From NCBI GenBank assembly GCA_944383385.1, contig CALWPI010000002.1, forward strand, positions 4,171 through 68,170: DNA of 64,000 nt, read 5' to 3'. Origin of the DNA: an uncultured Clostridia bacterium. GTDB taxonomy: Bacteria > Bacillota > Clostridia > Christensenellales > UBA1242. A model generated the notes under the pieces. That model saw only the letters and a list, made by a program, of their open reading frames with translations. It made no database searches and was not told the origin of the DNA. The position numbers and the translations under genes are program-made. This document shows, one piece after another, positions 35,285-45,987 of this stretch; position 1 is the stretch's first letter; every line of letters starts with the position of its first letter.

Positions 35285-35623
35285 TCAAAATGCTTGCAAT
35301 ATTAGATTACACCCTTCATTAGTGATTTCTAATACATCAAATTCGACAGGCACATCATACATTTGATTCTCTAATAAATATTGTTGAGCCACCCGTCTAA
35401 TTTTGTTTTGTTTGGTGATTGTAACACTCTCTCTTGGCAATCCAAATGATATAGTTGTTCGATATTTGACTTCGACAAAACATATTGTTTTGCCTTTTAA
35501 TGCAACAATATCTATCTCACCCAACTTTGTTCTATAATTTCTATCTAAAATTTTATATTTATTTTTTTTTAGATATGCTGTTGCAATATTTTCGCCTTTT
35601 TCTCCAAATCTTTTTGTATTCAT
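35285..35623 (-). CDS. yraN: YraN family endonuclease (UPF0102)
   Basis: 112 aa. GEKGENIATAYLKKNKYKILDRNYRTKLGEIDIVA..FVEVK is typical of the family. Confidence 0.9.
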   Translation of the reverse strand: MNTKRFGEKGENIATAYLKKNKYKILDRNYRTKLGEIDIVALKGKTICFVEVKYRTTISFGLPRESVTITKQNKIRRVAQQYLLENQMYDVPVEFDVLEITNEGCNLILQAF

Positions 35624-35626
35624 TTT

Positions 35627-36244
35627 TTACCACTTATCAATGTTTTTTAGAAACGATTTTCTATGCAATGGACTTGGTCCATATTTCTTTACTGCTTGTG
35701 TGTGTTCTTTTGTGGGATATCCTTTGTTTTGGGCAATATTATATTGACTATAACCATCTGCAATGCTGTCAATATACCTATCACGTGACACCTTTGCAAG
35801 AATGGATGCACAAGCAATATTATAACTGGTTGCATCGCCTTTTATAATTGATATTGTGGGTATATCACAATCAATCTTTACTGCGTCAATTAACACAATA
35901 TTTGGTTTGACTGAAAGAGAGTCGACGCACTCTCTCATACCCTCTTTTGTTGCTTCTAGAATATTGATTTGGTCTATTCTATTGTTGTCAATCATAGCAA
36001 CATGATAACAAATTGCTTTACTTATTATCTCGTCATACAATTTATCACGTTTTTTTGCAGTCAACTTTTTACTATCATTTATTCCTTCAATGATATTGTC
36101 ATCGTCTAGTGGCATAATACAACTAGCAACAGTCACAGGCCCAAACAATGGCCCTCGTCCTGCTTCGTCAATTCCAGCAACCAATTTACAATTTTGTGCT
36201 CTATCATATTGAACTAAACTGGTGATTTTATTTTTTTCTATCAT
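35627..36244 (-). CDS. rnhB: Ribonuclease HII
   Basis: 205 aa with GIDEAGRGPLFGPV, DSKKLT and GYPT.EH motifs. Confidence 0.96.
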   Translation of the reverse strand: MIEKNKITSLVQYDRAQNCKLVAGIDEAGRGPLFGPVTVASCIMPLDDDNIIEGINDSKKLTAKKRDKLYDEIISKAICYHVAMIDNNRIDQINILEATKEGMRECVDSLSVKPNIVLIDAVKIDCDIPTISIIKGDATSYNIACASILAKVSRDRYIDSIADGYSQYNIAQNKGYPTKEHTQAVKKYGPSPLHRKSFLKNIDKW

Positions 36245-37127
36245 TTTTCTTTAACTTCCTAATATCGTCCACACTTTCTAATGTGATGTTCCCAAGATAA
36301 CCTTTCTTGAAATCTGTAATCAGTGCGTTTGCACCCTTGTCATAATCATACTCTCCACCTTTTACAAGAAATCCGCGAGATTTGCAAATCTTCTCTAATA
36401 TTTCCAGTGGTTGCATGTCACTATCAATTTCAAATTTGTATCTTTTCTCTAAAATTGTTTTATCAAGCAAAATAAGTTCACTTATAAAATCAAGAGCTAG
36501 ACTTGGAATATCAAGCACATCTTCTTTTATACTACCAATATATGCCAAATGATGTGCGACCAAATTGTTATCAAACGCAGGCCACAATGTTCCCGGTGTG
36601 TCTAATACCTCTATCCCACTAGACAATCTCACCCACTGTTTGCCACGAGTGACACCTGCAATATTGCCTGTTTGAGTTCTTGCCTTGCCACACAAATTAT
36701 TGATAAGCGTACTTTTGCCACAATTTGGAACACCTACTACCATAAGTCTAATAGTTGCATTGATATTCTTTTTTGCATACTTTTCAATTTTTGCAGACAA
36801 AACTTCTCTTACTATTGACTCAATTCGTTTTGTTGAATTTGATTTTGATGAATCTAATACAATAGTACGATTGGTTTGTGAAAAATATTTTTCCCAATCT
36901 CTTACTTTGTTCTCATCAGCCATATCAGCTTTGTTTAGGATATATATAATTGGTTTGTTACCTGCAACAATATTGAGTTTTGGATTGAGACAAGAAAATG
37001 GCGCACGACTATCCAGCACATACAAAATTGCATCTACTGCTTCTAGTTCCTTTTCCATCATACGAAGTGCCTTTGTCATATGTCCTGGAAACCAATTTAT
37101 TGTCGCTAGTTCAAATTGTTTTGACAT
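36228..37127 (-). CDS. rbgA: Ribosome biogenesis GTPase A (YlqF)
   Basis: I chose the ATG at 37127 (RBS GGGGAGA); the track start is a TTG. Motifs are INWFPGHM, the circularly permuted GTPase motif NKADMAD, and GVPNCGKSTLIN. Confidence 0.93.
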   Translation of the reverse strand: MSKQFELATINWFPGHMTKALRMMEKELEAVDAILYVLDSRAPFSCLNPKLNIVAGNKPIIYILNKADMADENKVRDWEKYFSQTNRTIVLDSSKSNSTKRIESIVREVLSAKIEKYAKKNINATIRLMVVGVPNCGKSTLINNLCGKARTQTGNIAGVTRGKQWVRLSSGIEVLDTPGTLWPAFDNNLVAHHLAYIGSIKEDVLDIPSLALDFISELILLDKTILEKRYKFEIDSDMQPLEILEKICKSRGFLVKGGEYDYDKGANALITDFKKGYLGNITLESVDDIRKLKKNDRKK

Positions 37128-37145
37128 AATATATCTCCCCAAAAA

Positions 37146-37829
37146 TTATTTTTTATTTTCAAAATTTTTTAGCAAATCAGGACGATACTTTTGGGTCTCT
37201 AATATCCTTTGCTCATTTTTCCATTTCTCAATTTCTTTGTGATTTCCGTTCAATAAAACGTCAGGAACTTTAAGTCCCATAAATTCACGTGGACGTGTGT
37301 ATTGTGGATATTCAAGTAAGCCGTTGTGGAAACTTTCGTCAATCACACTAGTCTTGCTACCAAGTACATCTGGTAAATATCTTGCAATGCTGTCAACAAG
37401 CGCCATTGCAGGTATTTCACCACCAGTAAGAACAAAGTCACCAATGCTAATTTGCTCGTCCACAAGCAATTCAATAATTCTCTCATCAATACCCTCATAA
37501 TGACCACATATTAGTATTAAGTGGGCATCTTTTGACAATTCTTCTACCACTTTTTGACATAAAGTCTTGCCTTTTGGTGATAAATAGATAACTTTGCAAT
37601 TGTCATCTTTTACACTCATTATTGCATCATAAAGTGGTTGTGGCGTCATTACCATACCATCACCACCACTGAATGGATAGTCATCAGTCTTTTGATGTTT
37701 GTCTTTGCTAAAATCTCTAATGTTGATTATATTTAGCTCAAATGCTCCTTTGTCTCGTGCTCGACCAATGATACTTGTAGTGAGTGGTGTAAACATCTCT
37801 GGAAATAGTGTTAGTATATCAATTCTCAT
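37146..37829 (-). CDS. trmD: tRNA (guanine37-N1)-methyltransferase TrmD
   Basis: 227 aa with MRIDILTLFPEMF, ILICGHYEGIDERI and SIGDFVLTGGE. Confidence 0.97.
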   Translation of the reverse strand: MRIDILTLFPEMFTPLTTSIIGRARDKGAFELNIINIRDFSKDKHQKTDDYPFSGGDGMVMTPQPLYDAIMSVKDDNCKVIYLSPKGKTLCQKVVEELSKDAHLILICGHYEGIDERIIELLVDEQISIGDFVLTGGEIPAMALVDSIARYLPDVLGSKTSVIDESFHNGLLEYPQYTRPREFMGLKVPDVLLNGNHKEIEKWKNEQRILETQKYRPDLLKNFENKK

Positions 37830-38322
37830 ACACTACTACCTCCTCAAATCTTTTAGCATCTACAACAATTTTTTGATTGTCAATATCATATTTTTTAATA
37901 ACGCCTGCAACGTTTGGAAAACTAAAATTAGTTTTTGAAGAGCAAAATATTATATCACTTGCACCATAGTTTTCTACTCTATCGACTGTGCCATACTCTT
38001 TGCCATTTTTGTCTACTATTTTGCAATCTATCATATCGACCACATATTCTTCATTTTTATTCTTTTTGTGAGCCTGACTACGAAGAATAAACACTTCTTG
38101 CCCACGTAAATTTTCAACGTCATTTATTGAATTTAGACCTTGTAGTTTAATATACCAACTACCCTGTCTTATCACACTTGAAGCAACACCATATTCTTTG
38201 CAAGCAACAAAAACACTTGTCACATTCACTAAATGTGACATTTCACTTGAATATACTTGGACTTTGATTTCGCCTTTTAGCCCTTGTGGTTTTGCCACTA
38301 CGCCAACTGCAATTTTATCCAT
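37819..38322 (-). CDS. rimM: 16S rRNA processing protein RimM
   Basis: 167 aa. VGVVAKPQGLKGEIKV is the N-terminal signature. Order is KH-rimM-trmD. Confidence 0.92.
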   Translation of the reverse strand: MDKIAVGVVAKPQGLKGEIKVQVYSSEMSHLVNVTSVFVACKEYGVASSVIRQGSWYIKLQGLNSINDVENLRGQEVFILRSQAHKKNKNEEYVVDMIDCKIVDKNGKEYGTVDRVENYGASDIIFCSSKTNFSFPNVAGVIKKYDIDNQKIVVDAKRFEEVVVYEN

Positions 38323-38343
38323 AATAATGAAAAAAGAGTATGA

Positions 38344-38583
38344 TTACTCTTTTTCTCCTATTTTCACAATATATTTTTTGTCAGATTTGTATGTTGATGC
38401 GCGAACAATGCGACGAATAGAGTCAGCAATATTGCCACCCTTTCCAATCACTCTGCCCATTTCTTCTTTTGCAACTTTGACATTGATGACCATAACTGTG
38501 TCACTTTCTGGTGTCATTGTCACTTCAACCAAGCTTGGGTCAGAAACTAGTTCCTGCACAATGTATCTTACTAATTCTTCCAT
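38344..38583 (-). CDS. ylqC: KH-domain RNA-binding protein (YlqC/UPF0109)
   Basis: 79 aa with GRVIGKGGNIADSIRRIV (GxxG KH motif). It lies between rpsP and rimM. Confidence 0.9.
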   Translation of the reverse strand: MEELVRYIVQELVSDPSLVEVTMTPESDTVMVINVKVAKEEMGRVIGKGGNIADSIRRIVRASTYKSDKKYIVKIGEKE

Positions 38584-38616
38584 ATTTCTCTCCTAACTTA
38601 ATAAAATTAAAGAATA

Positions 38617-38907
38617 TTAATCCTTTTTCTTTTTATCAGTTTTTGGAGCAGTTTTTGTTCTTGCAGGTAAAATACCTTCTTTGACAAGCAAAGTACGTGT
38701 TGTTTCTGTTGGTTGTGCACCGTTTGCAATCCATTTCTTTGTGCTTTCAACATCTAGGTGCAATTCAACAGGATGTACTGTTGGATTGTATGTACCGAGT
38801 TTTTCGATATATTCACCGTCTCTTGCCTTTCTACTATCTGCTACAACTATACGATAGAAAGGATTTTTCTTGTCTCCTAATCTTGTTAATCTAATTTTTA
38901 CTGCCAT
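38617..38907 (-). CDS. rpsP: 30S ribosomal protein S16
   Basis: I chose the start at [26 protein letters not shown] (canonical S16 N-terminus). The track's 18-aa extension overlaps the ffh 3' end. Confidence 0.96.
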   Translation of the reverse strand: MAVKIRLTRLGDKKNPFYRIVVADSRKARDGEYIEKLGTYNPTVHPVELHLDVESTKKWIANGAQPTETTRTLLVKEGILPARTKTAPKTDKKKKD

Positions 38908-38932
38908 TTTTCTCTCTCCTTTGTTTTTTATA

Positions 38933-40255
38933 TTAGAATGGGAATCTCCCAAATCCACCAAATTTTTTATTTTTGAATTGCTTCATCATTTCTTTGGTTT
39001 GTTCATACTGTTTTAGTAATTGGTTTACATCTTGTATGCTTCTACCAGAACCATTTGCAATTCTTTGTTTTCTACTACCTTTTATCATCTCTGGATGTTC
39101 TCTCTCTTCCGGAGTCATTGATAGTATTATTGCCTTTACATGTTCTATTTGTTTTGGGTCAATTTGATTGATTGCGTTTTTTATCTTGCCTGCGCCTGGT
39201 ATTAAAGATAATATACCACCCAAATCACCCATTTTCTTAATTTGCTCAAATTGTACTAGATAGTCTGACAAAGTAAAACTGTTTTCACGGAGTTTTTTCT
39301 CCATTTTTTTTGCTTCTTCTTCGTCAAACGTTTCTTGTGCTTTTTCAATAAGAGTTAGCACATCGCCCATATCAAGTATTCGTGACGCCATTCTGTCTGG
39401 ATAAAATGGTTCAATATCGTCCATTTTCTCTCCAACACCACAGAATTTGATTGGTTTTCCTGTAATATACTTGATAGAAAGAGCAGCACCACCACGAGTA
39501 TCACCATCAAGTTTTGTTAGTATAACACCAGTAATATTCAATTCTTTGTTGAATGTCTCTGCGACTGTTACAGCGTCTTGTCCTGTCATAGCATCGACAG
39601 TCAAAAGTATTTCGTCTGGTTTGACCTCTTTGATGATATCTTTTAGTTCGTTTATTAGGTCTGTTGCTATATGCAATCTACCTGCTGTATCTATAATGAT
39701 TGTATCATATCCTTGTTTTTCAGCAAGTTTCACTGCATTTTTAGCAGTTTTTCTTGGGTCATTTGTACCTTCGTCATATACAGGCACATCAACACTCTTT
39801 GCCACAACTTTTAGTTGGTTGATTGCTGCTGGTCGATATATATCACAAGCAACAAGCAATGGCTTTTTGCCCTGTTTTTTAAGCAGTTTTGCAAGTTTGC
39901 CACACATTGTTGTTTTACCTGCACCTTGCAAGCCACACATCATAATAACTGTTGGTGGTTTTGAAGATACTGCAAGTTTTGCGTTTGTACTACCCATAAG
40001 AGCAATCAATTCTTCGTTGACAATCTTTACAACTTGTTGTCCAGGGGTCAATGATTTTAGCACTCTCTCTCCAAGAGCCTTTTCACTAATCTTTGACACA
40101 AGTTCTTTGACTACCAAAAAATTGACATCTGCTTCGAGTAATGCAATCCTTATCTCACGCATTGCTTGTTTGATTTCAAGTTCTGTAAGTACGCCACGTT
40201 TTGTCAATTTAGAAAAAATATGAGATAATTTTTCACTTAATGTTCCAAATGCCAT
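38933..40255 (-). CDS. ffh: Signal recognition particle protein Ffh
   Basis: 440 aa with [20 protein letters not shown] and [14 protein letters not shown], plus a Met-rich M domain. Confidence 0.98.
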   Translation of the reverse strand: MAFGTLSEKLSHIFSKLTKRGVLTELEIKQAMREIRIALLEADVNFLVVKELVSKISEKALGERVLKSLTPGQQVVKIVNEELIALMGSTNAKLAVSSKPPTVIMMCGLQGAGKTTMCGKLAKLLKKQGKKPLLVACDIYRPAAINQLKVVAKSVDVPVYDEGTNDPRKTAKNAVKLAEKQGYDTIIIDTAGRLHIATDLINELKDIIKEVKPDEILLTVDAMTGQDAVTVAETFNKELNITGVILTKLDGDTRGGAALSIKYITGKPIKFCGVGEKMDDIEPFYPDRMASRILDMGDVLTLIEKAQETFDEEEAKKMEKKLRENSFTLSDYLVQFEQIKKMGDLGGILSLIPGAGKIKNAINQIDPKQIEHVKAIILSMTPEEREHPEMIKGSRKQRIANGSGRSIQDVNQLLKQYEQTKEMMKQFKNKKFGGFGRFPF

Positions 40256-40264
40256 ACTGCCTCC

Positions 40265-40594
40265 TTACGCACCAACAATATCGATAATCTCGTTTATCTT
40301 TTGCTTCTTTGCTTTTGGAGACAATTCCCCATACATCACTTCGTTACAAATGCTGATAATTTCCTCATTTTTTTCAACCAAACGAAGCTTTTTCTCATAA
40401 TCTTCAAGAGTAGTTACTGTCCTTGAAATAAGATCACTGACTGCTTGTCTAGTGGTGCCCAATTCTTCTGCAATCTCTGCCAAAGAATTGTCATAATAAA
40501 AATACTTTTTCATAACATCATTTTGTTTGTCAGTGAGCAACCTGCCATAAACATCAATCATATTACAAACAGCGATATTTTTCTCTATTTCCAT
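40265..40594 (-). CDS. ylxM: YlxM/UPF0122 helix-turn-helix protein
   Basis: I chose the start at MEIEKNIAV (RBS GGAGG). The LTDKQNDVMKKYFYYDNSLAEIAEELGTTRQAVSDLI motif is sigma-70 region 4-like. It lies upstream of ffh. Confidence 0.88.
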   Translation of the reverse strand: MEIEKNIAVCNMIDVYGRLLTDKQNDVMKKYFYYDNSLAEIAEELGTTRQAVSDLISRTVTTLEDYEKKLRLVEKNEEIISICNEVMYGELSPKAKKQKINEIIDIVGA

Positions 40595-40628
40595 ATTGCC
40601 TCCGTTGTAAAGTATTTTTACTTTACAT

Positions 40629-40657
40629 ATTGTACATTGTTTTATTTTATAAGTCAA
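40629..40657 (-). promoter_or_regulatory. Sigma-A-type promoter of ylxM-ffh-rpsP...
   Basis: Minus strand: TTGACT, 17-nt spacer, TACAAT. Confidence 0.65.
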
Positions 40658-40670
40658 CATTTATTTATAA

Positions 40671-40714
40671 AAATAAAAATATATTTCTACGGCAAACAAC
40701 CATAGAAATATATT
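40671..40714 (-). terminator. Intrinsic terminator after ftsY
   Basis: A 12-bp stem AATATATTTCTA/TAGAAATATATT with a 13-nt loop, followed on the minus strand by TTTATTTTT. Confidence 0.75.
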
Positions 40715-40717
40715 CTA

Positions 40718-41608
40718 CTAAATAATATTCTCAACAAATTCTTTTGCATCGAATGGCACCATATCATCTAGTCCTTCGCCCGTGCCGACAAAAACCACTG
40801 GAATGTGATATTCCTTAGCAATTGCAAAGACTATGCCACCTTTTGCAGTACCGTCTAATTTTGTGAGCACAATACCGTCAATTCCCACACTCTCGTCAAA
40901 TGCTTTTACTTGTGACAAAGCGTTTTGTCCTGTGGTTGCGTCTAAAACAATATAATTTTTTGTTGTTCTATCCTTCCACACTTTGTGTTCGACATTACTT
41001 ATTTTTTTCAACTCGTCCATAAGATTAGATTTGTTGTGAAGACGACCAGCAGTGTCTATTAAGACGACGTCATCGTTTTTTGAAATCGCACTCGATAATC
41101 CGTCAAAGACAACAGCTCCCGGGTCGGCGCCCTCGGTGTATTTGACAATTCTCACTCCTGCTCTTTTGCTCCATTCTGTGAGTTGGTCGCTTGCAGCCGC
41201 ACGGAAAGTGTCACCTGCTATCATCAATACGGATTTACCTTGTGATTTATAATAGTGAGCCAATTTGCCAATGCTTGTTGTCTTTCCCACACCATTGACC
41301 CCAATAAATGTGATTGCCATAGGAAATTCATCTTCTTGTTCCATACTAGACAAACTATCTATCATAACTTGTCGTAGCACTTTTTTGAACTCTTCTGCAC
41401 TTTTTATCTTATGTTTTTTTGCATAAGATTTAACTTCGGCAATTATTTCACTAGATGCTTCTGCACCCATATCGGATGAGATAAGGATATATTCCAATTC
41501 TTCATAAAAATCATCATCAAGTTCGCCCACAAAAATACTGGATATTTTTGCTGCTAAACTATCTTTTGTCTTTTTAAGTGCATTGAAAAATTTCGAAAAT
41601 ATACCCAT
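40718..41608 (-). CDS. ftsY: Signal recognition particle receptor FtsY (short form)
   Basis: 296 aa with GVNGVGKTTSIGKLA, DTAGRLHNK and TKLDGTAKGG. Confidence 0.97.
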   Translation of the reverse strand: MGIFSKFFNALKKTKDSLAAKISSIFVGELDDDFYEELEYILISSDMGAEASSEIIAEVKSYAKKHKIKSAEEFKKVLRQVMIDSLSSMEQEDEFPMAITFIGVNGVGKTTSIGKLAHYYKSQGKSVLMIAGDTFRAAASDQLTEWSKRAGVRIVKYTEGADPGAVVFDGLSSAISKNDDVVLIDTAGRLHNKSNLMDELKKISNVEHKVWKDRTTKNYIVLDATTGQNALSQVKAFDESVGIDGIVLTKLDGTAKGGIVFAIAKEYHIPVVFVGTGEGLDDMVPFDAKEFVENII

Positions 41609-41609
41609 A

Positions 41610-44600
41610 TTAGTCTCCTTCTACATTTTTGACTGCATCAGCGAGTTTGACTGAAACAATCTTACTGACTCCCTTCTCTTCCATTGTGACACCATACAAA
41701 TTGTCAGCATGTTCCATAGTTGGTTTTTTGTGTGTGATAACAATAAATTGTGTTTTGTCAGAGAATCTTTTTATATAGTTTGCAAATCTATCAACATTGG
41801 CTTCGTCAAGTGCTGCTTCTATCTCGTCAAGCAAGCAGAATGGCATTGGACGAAGTCTAAGTATTGCAAGCAATATTGCAATAGCTGTTAGTGCCTTTTC
41901 TCCACCAGATAGCAATGTGATGTTTGATAATTTCTTCCCAGGAGGCTCTGCAATAATATCAACACCTGCCTCCAAAATATCATCACTACCAGATAATTCA
42001 AGTCTTGCTTTACCCCCTCCAAAGAGTTCTTTGAATACAATACCAAAGTTGTCATTGATTTTCTTGAACTCGTCTTGGAATCTTATTATCATTTCGTTAG
42101 ACAAATCTTTTATAATCTTTTTCAAGTCTTCGCTTGCTTTTGTGCCGTCTTCGTATTGCTTGTAATATGTGCCATAATGCTCTTCTTCGTTCTTATAGTC
42201 TTCAATAGCATTGACATTTATATAACCAAGCATACTTATCTCTTTTTTGAGTCTTGAAATTTCTGTATTTGCTGCCTTTATATCAAAATACTCTTTCTTA
42301 TAAGGCAAAGCAGTAGTATAAGTCAATTCATACTCTGTCCAAACACGCTCTTGCATTGTTTCGATATCTGTATCAATCTTTGCGAGTGCCATTTCTTGTT
42401 GATACTTTTTCTCTTGCAATCTAGACACTTCGGTAGACAAACTCATACGTTGTTCTTCGAGTCTTCTTAGTGACTCTTGATTTGTTTTCTTGGTCTCTTC
42501 AAGTGTGCGAAGTTGTGCTTTTGTCTCATTGAGTTTACGACTCATTTCTTTTATATCAACACTGTCGCTTTGTTCTGCCATGTTCTTATAAGAAACTGCC
42601 AAATCGTTGTTTTTGAGAATTTCATTTTCAAGATATTGTTTTTCGTGAGAATTATTTGCAATTTCTATATTAAGTCTATCAATTTCTGTCGTACAAGAAA
42701 TAATCTCACCATTTATACGTGCAAGCTCAATCTTGTCATTTAGAAGTTTTGAATTGTATTCATCACGTTTGATTTTGAGTGTATTATGCTCTGATTTGGT
42801 TGTTTGTATAACACCATTGCTTGAATTGTCATAATCTGTTTGCACACTTGACATATTAGACAAATTGGTCTTAATACTTTCAAGTATTTGCAAACTCTTA
42901 TCAATCTCGCTGCGGCATTTATTGCATTCGTTTTCTACATCAGCATAGATTTCTGCAAATTTTTCGCATTGTTCGAGTTTTGTCGCTCTACTAATTTCAA
43001 GATTGTGCACTTGTTCACTTTTTAATTTGACATCTTCTACCAATTGATTTTGGTCTTTTATCATTTTGTTGTATTGTTGTTGTTTTACAGCAAGTTTGTT
43101 TGTGACGTCATTTATAAGTTTTGTAGTCTCTGCAACATCATTTTCTCTACCCAAAATATTGGCAATTTGTTTTCTACTACCACCCGTCATACTGCCAAGT
43201 GGGTTTATTATATCCCCTTCAAGTGTGACAATCTTAAATGAATAACGTGATTGTTTTGCAAGCAGCACGGCTGTATTTATATTGTCAACAATGACTGTTG
43301 TTCCTAAAAAACTAGACACAATATTTGCAATACTCTTATCATAAGATATAAGTTCACTTGCAAGACCAAAACAACCTGTTGTGTTTAGATATCTGCGATA
43401 TTCACTATCAAAATATCTAGGCTTTATAGATGTGAGTGGCAAAAATGTCACTCTACCATATTCTCTTTGTTTCAAATAACCAATAAGGTCTTTTGCTCCA
43501 TTTTCGTCATATGTGATGATATTTTGAAGTGTTGACCCAAGCGCCATTTCAATAGCCGTTTGATACTTTGCAGGCACATCAATCAAACTTGCAAAAACAC
43601 CGACCATTTTATCTTTTAATATTTTTGCTTTTTCTGCATCTATCAATAACCTTTTGACACTGCCTTGATATCCTTCGAACTCTTTTATCATGTCTTCCAA
43701 AATTTTCTTTTTCTGTTCAAGAGTTTTTATGGTATACGTGTCATTACCAATATCCCCTTCAAGCAAACGAATAGATTTGGTCAACTCATTTTGCTTATTA
43801 ATAAGATTGTCCAAATTGATTTTTTCATTATTGATTTGTTTTGTTATCTCATCTGCTTGTTTTTGGCTATCAGTTTTGTTTTGCTTTGCCTGTTCTACAC
43901 GCTCTTCATACTCTTTTAGTTGTTCGTTTAGAGAGTCAACATTGTTTTGATAATTTACTTTTTCTGTTTCAAGAGCAGAAATTTTTGCCTTTACGTCACC
44001 TAATTTATTTAGTGCATCAAAAATTCTTTTTTGTGCCTCTTCTGCATCATTTTCACTTTGTTGCAGTTCAGCAACAATTTTATTGTATCTTTCTTCTGTC
44101 TCTTTTATTTCTGCTTCAAGACTTGCAAATTGTGTTTGCAAATTTGTTTTTTCTCTTATTTTTGTATCAAGTGTGTTTTTGTCTTGTTCAAGAGATTGAT
44201 TGATTTTTTGATATTCTTCTTTGAGTCTTTCACTATCCTGTTCAAGATTAGACATTCTTTCGTTTATCAAATTGCTTTTGCCTGCTTGTTTTTCAAGTTC
44301 GACACGCAACTCAATTTGCTCCTCGTGCAGTTTTGCAACTTCGCTATCTAGACTAGATATTTTTTCAAAATTTTCGTTGTATGATGCTTGAATTTTATCA
44401 AGTGATTGACTCTTTACTTCAAGGTCATCAGCAAGCGCATTTATCCTATCTAATATGACTTGTTTATTGTCGCTTGCACTGTCATATTGGTAAATATATG
44501 AATTGACTTCAAGAACTTTTAATTGTTCTTTGAGTTCGAGATATTTTTTTGCGTTTTCGCTTTGCTTTTTCAAAGGTCCAAGACGTCGTTCTATCTCTGT

Positions 44601-45185
44601 CATAACGTCTTTCACGCGGTTTAGATTGTCTTGCGCACGTTCTAGTTTGCGTTCTGCGTCTACTTTTTTGTCCTTAAACTTTGCAATTCCTGCGGCTTCT
44701 TCAAAAATAGCACGACGGTCTTCGGGTTTTGAATTAATAATCTTTTCTACTCGACCTTGTCCAATGATACTATATCCACCCTTACCAATACCACTATCAC
44801 GAATAAGTTCAGTGATATCTTTTAGCCTACAAGTAGCACCATTTAGCATATATTCGCTATCGCCACTGCGATATAATTTCCTCGTAATAGAAATCTCGTC
44901 AAAATCGCTTTTGAAGATTTTGTTTGTATTGTCAAAGCACAAAGTGACTTCACAAAAAGACAGACTCTTTCTCTTTTCTGTCCCTTTGAATATAACGTCT
45001 TGCATATTTGATGCTCTCAAATTTTTGCTACTTTGTTCGCCAAGTACCCATGAGATTGCATCAGCAACATTACTTTTACCACAACCATTTGGTCCAACAA
45101 TGGCTGTAATACCATCTTCAAATGTAATTTTGATTGGGTCAGCAAATGATTTGAACCCCACAATTTCTAGACTCTTAAAATTCAA
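41610..45185 (-). CDS. smc: Chromosome partition protein Smc
   Basis: I chose the TTG start at 45185 (RBS GGAGGA 6 nt upstream), giving (M)NFKSLEIVGFKSFADP. Also present are GPNGCGKSN, long coiled coils, a hinge, LSGGEKALTAIA and LLDEIEAALD. Confidence 0.96.
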   Translation of the reverse strand: MNFKSLEIVGFKSFADPIKITFEDGITAIVGPNGCGKSNVADAISWVLGEQSSKNLRASNMQDVIFKGTEKRKSLSFCEVTLCFDNTNKIFKSDFDEISITRKLYRSGDSEYMLNGATCRLKDITELIRDSGIGKGGYSIIGQGRVEKIINSKPEDRRAIFEEAAGIAKFKDKKVDAERKLERAQDNLNRVKDVMTEIERRLGPLKKQSENAKKYLELKEQLKVLEVNSYIYQYDSASDNKQVILDRINALADDLEVKSQSLDKIQASYNENFEKISSLDSEVAKLHEEQIELRVELEKQAGKSNLINERMSNLEQDSERLKEEYQKINQSLEQDKNTLDTKIREKTNLQTQFASLEAEIKETEERYNKIVAELQQSENDAEEAQKRIFDALNKLGDVKAKISALETEKVNYQNNVDSLNEQLKEYEERVEQAKQNKTDSQKQADEITKQINNEKINLDNLINKQNELTKSIRLLEGDIGNDTYTIKTLEQKKKILEDMIKEFEGYQGSVKRLLIDAEKAKILKDKMVGVFASLIDVPAKYQTAIEMALGSTLQNIITYDENGAKDLIGYLKQREYGRVTFLPLTSIKPRYFDSEYRRYLNTTGCFGLASELISYDKSIANIVSSFLGTTVIVDNINTAVLLAKQSRYSFKIVTLEGDIINPLGSMTGGSRKQIANILGRENDVAETTKLINDVTNKLAVKQQQYNKMIKDQNQLVEDVKLKSEQVHNLEISRATKLEQCEKFAEIYADVENECNKCRSEIDKSLQILESIKTNLSNMSSVQTDYDNSSNGVIQTTKSEHNTLKIKRDEYNSKLLNDKIELARINGEIISCTTEIDRLNIEIANNSHEKQYLENEILKNNDLAVSYKNMAEQSDSVDIKEMSRKLNETKAQLRTLEETKKTNQESLRRLEEQRMSLSTEVSRLQEKKYQQEMALAKIDTDIETMQERVWTEYELTYTTALPYKKEYFDIKAANTEISRLKKEISMLGYINVNAIEDYKNEEEHYGTYYKQYEDGTKASEDLKKIIKDLSNEMIIRFQDEFKKINDNFGIVFKELFGGGKARLELSGSDDILEAGVDIIAEPPGKKLSNITLLSGGEKALTAIAILLAILRLRPMPFCLLDEIEAALDEANVDRFANYIKRFSDKTQFIVITHKKPTMEHADNLYGVTMEEKGVSKIVSVKLADAVKNVEGD

Positions 45186-45292
45186 AATAGGTCCTCCATA
45201 AAGTACAACTTCTTGTAATCCATATCTTAAATGACAATGGACACAAACTAACACAATATTAGTATATCATACAACATACTAAAAAGAAAATG

Positions 45293-45317
45293 AAAAAATA
45301 GGTATTTCTACCTATTT
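45293..45317 (-). terminator. Intrinsic terminator overlapping the rnc stop codon
   Basis: The minus strand reads AATAGGTA-GAAA-TACCTATT followed by TTTTTC. The rnc TAG lies at the loop-proximal end of the 5' arm. Confidence 0.65.
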
Positions 45318-45979
45318 TTCAATATTTCAAGTGCCTCTTTTGCGCATTTTTGCTCTGCATCTTTTTTACTAAAACCACTACATCTTGCGAGTTCTTTTCC
45401 ACCCAGTAATACACTAATCAAAAATTGTTTTTCGTGGTCTTTGCCGCTTTGAGATACAACGACATAATCAATTCTTTCCTTGATATCTTTTTGAACAAAT
45501 TCTTGTAGTGTAGTTTTATAATCAATACAGTTATTCAAATGCTCGTCAACATTATTTTTGTCTATAATGACATTGTCTAATACAAATGCTTTTGCAAGAG
45601 CAAATCCACCGTCAAAATACATTGCAGCAACAATGGCTTCGAATACATCTGCATATATCTTTTTAGGATGTGATACTGCCATTGATTTACCCACTAAAAT
45701 GTATTTATTTAAGCCCATTTTTTGCATAATTTCACATAAATTTTCTGTACTAACTAGACTTGCTTTGAGTTTTGATAATGTGCCCACATCACTAGGAATA
45801 TTTTTGTATAGGTATTCTGTAACTATCATACCCATAACACTATCTCCAACAAACTCTAAATATTCATAATCTCCCACACCGTTTTCATGTCCATAACTGC
45901 TGTGCGTGAGTGCAGTTTTTAGTAAATATTTGTTAAAAAATGTGTATTGCAAAATGTCTTCAATTTTTTCTATATTCAT
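45308..45979 (-). CDS. rnc: Ribonuclease III
   Basis: 223 aa with ALTHSSY and EYLEFVGDSV (RNase III signature) and a C-terminal dsRBD (GKDHEKQF...GFSKKDAEQKCAKEAL). Confidence 0.97.
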   Translation of the reverse strand: MNIEKIEDILQYTFFNKYLLKTALTHSSYGHENGVGDYEYLEFVGDSVMGMIVTEYLYKNIPSDVGTLSKLKASLVSTENLCEIMQKMGLNKYILVGKSMAVSHPKKIYADVFEAIVAAMYFDGGFALAKAFVLDNVIIDKNNVDEHLNNCIDYKTTLQEFVQKDIKERIDYVVVSQSGKDHEKQFLISVLLGGKELARCSGFSKKDAEQKCAKEALEILKNR

Positions 45980-45987
45980 AGTCCACC

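Noticed and set aside
35267-35300. The 10-bp hairpin CAAGCATTTT/AAAATGCTTG at the yraN stop as a terminator.
   Set aside because: On the transcribed (minus) strand it is followed by an A-rich tract rather than a U-rich one, so it is not a canonical intrinsic terminator. It may be a processing or stability element, or it may simply overlap the rplS promoter UP region.
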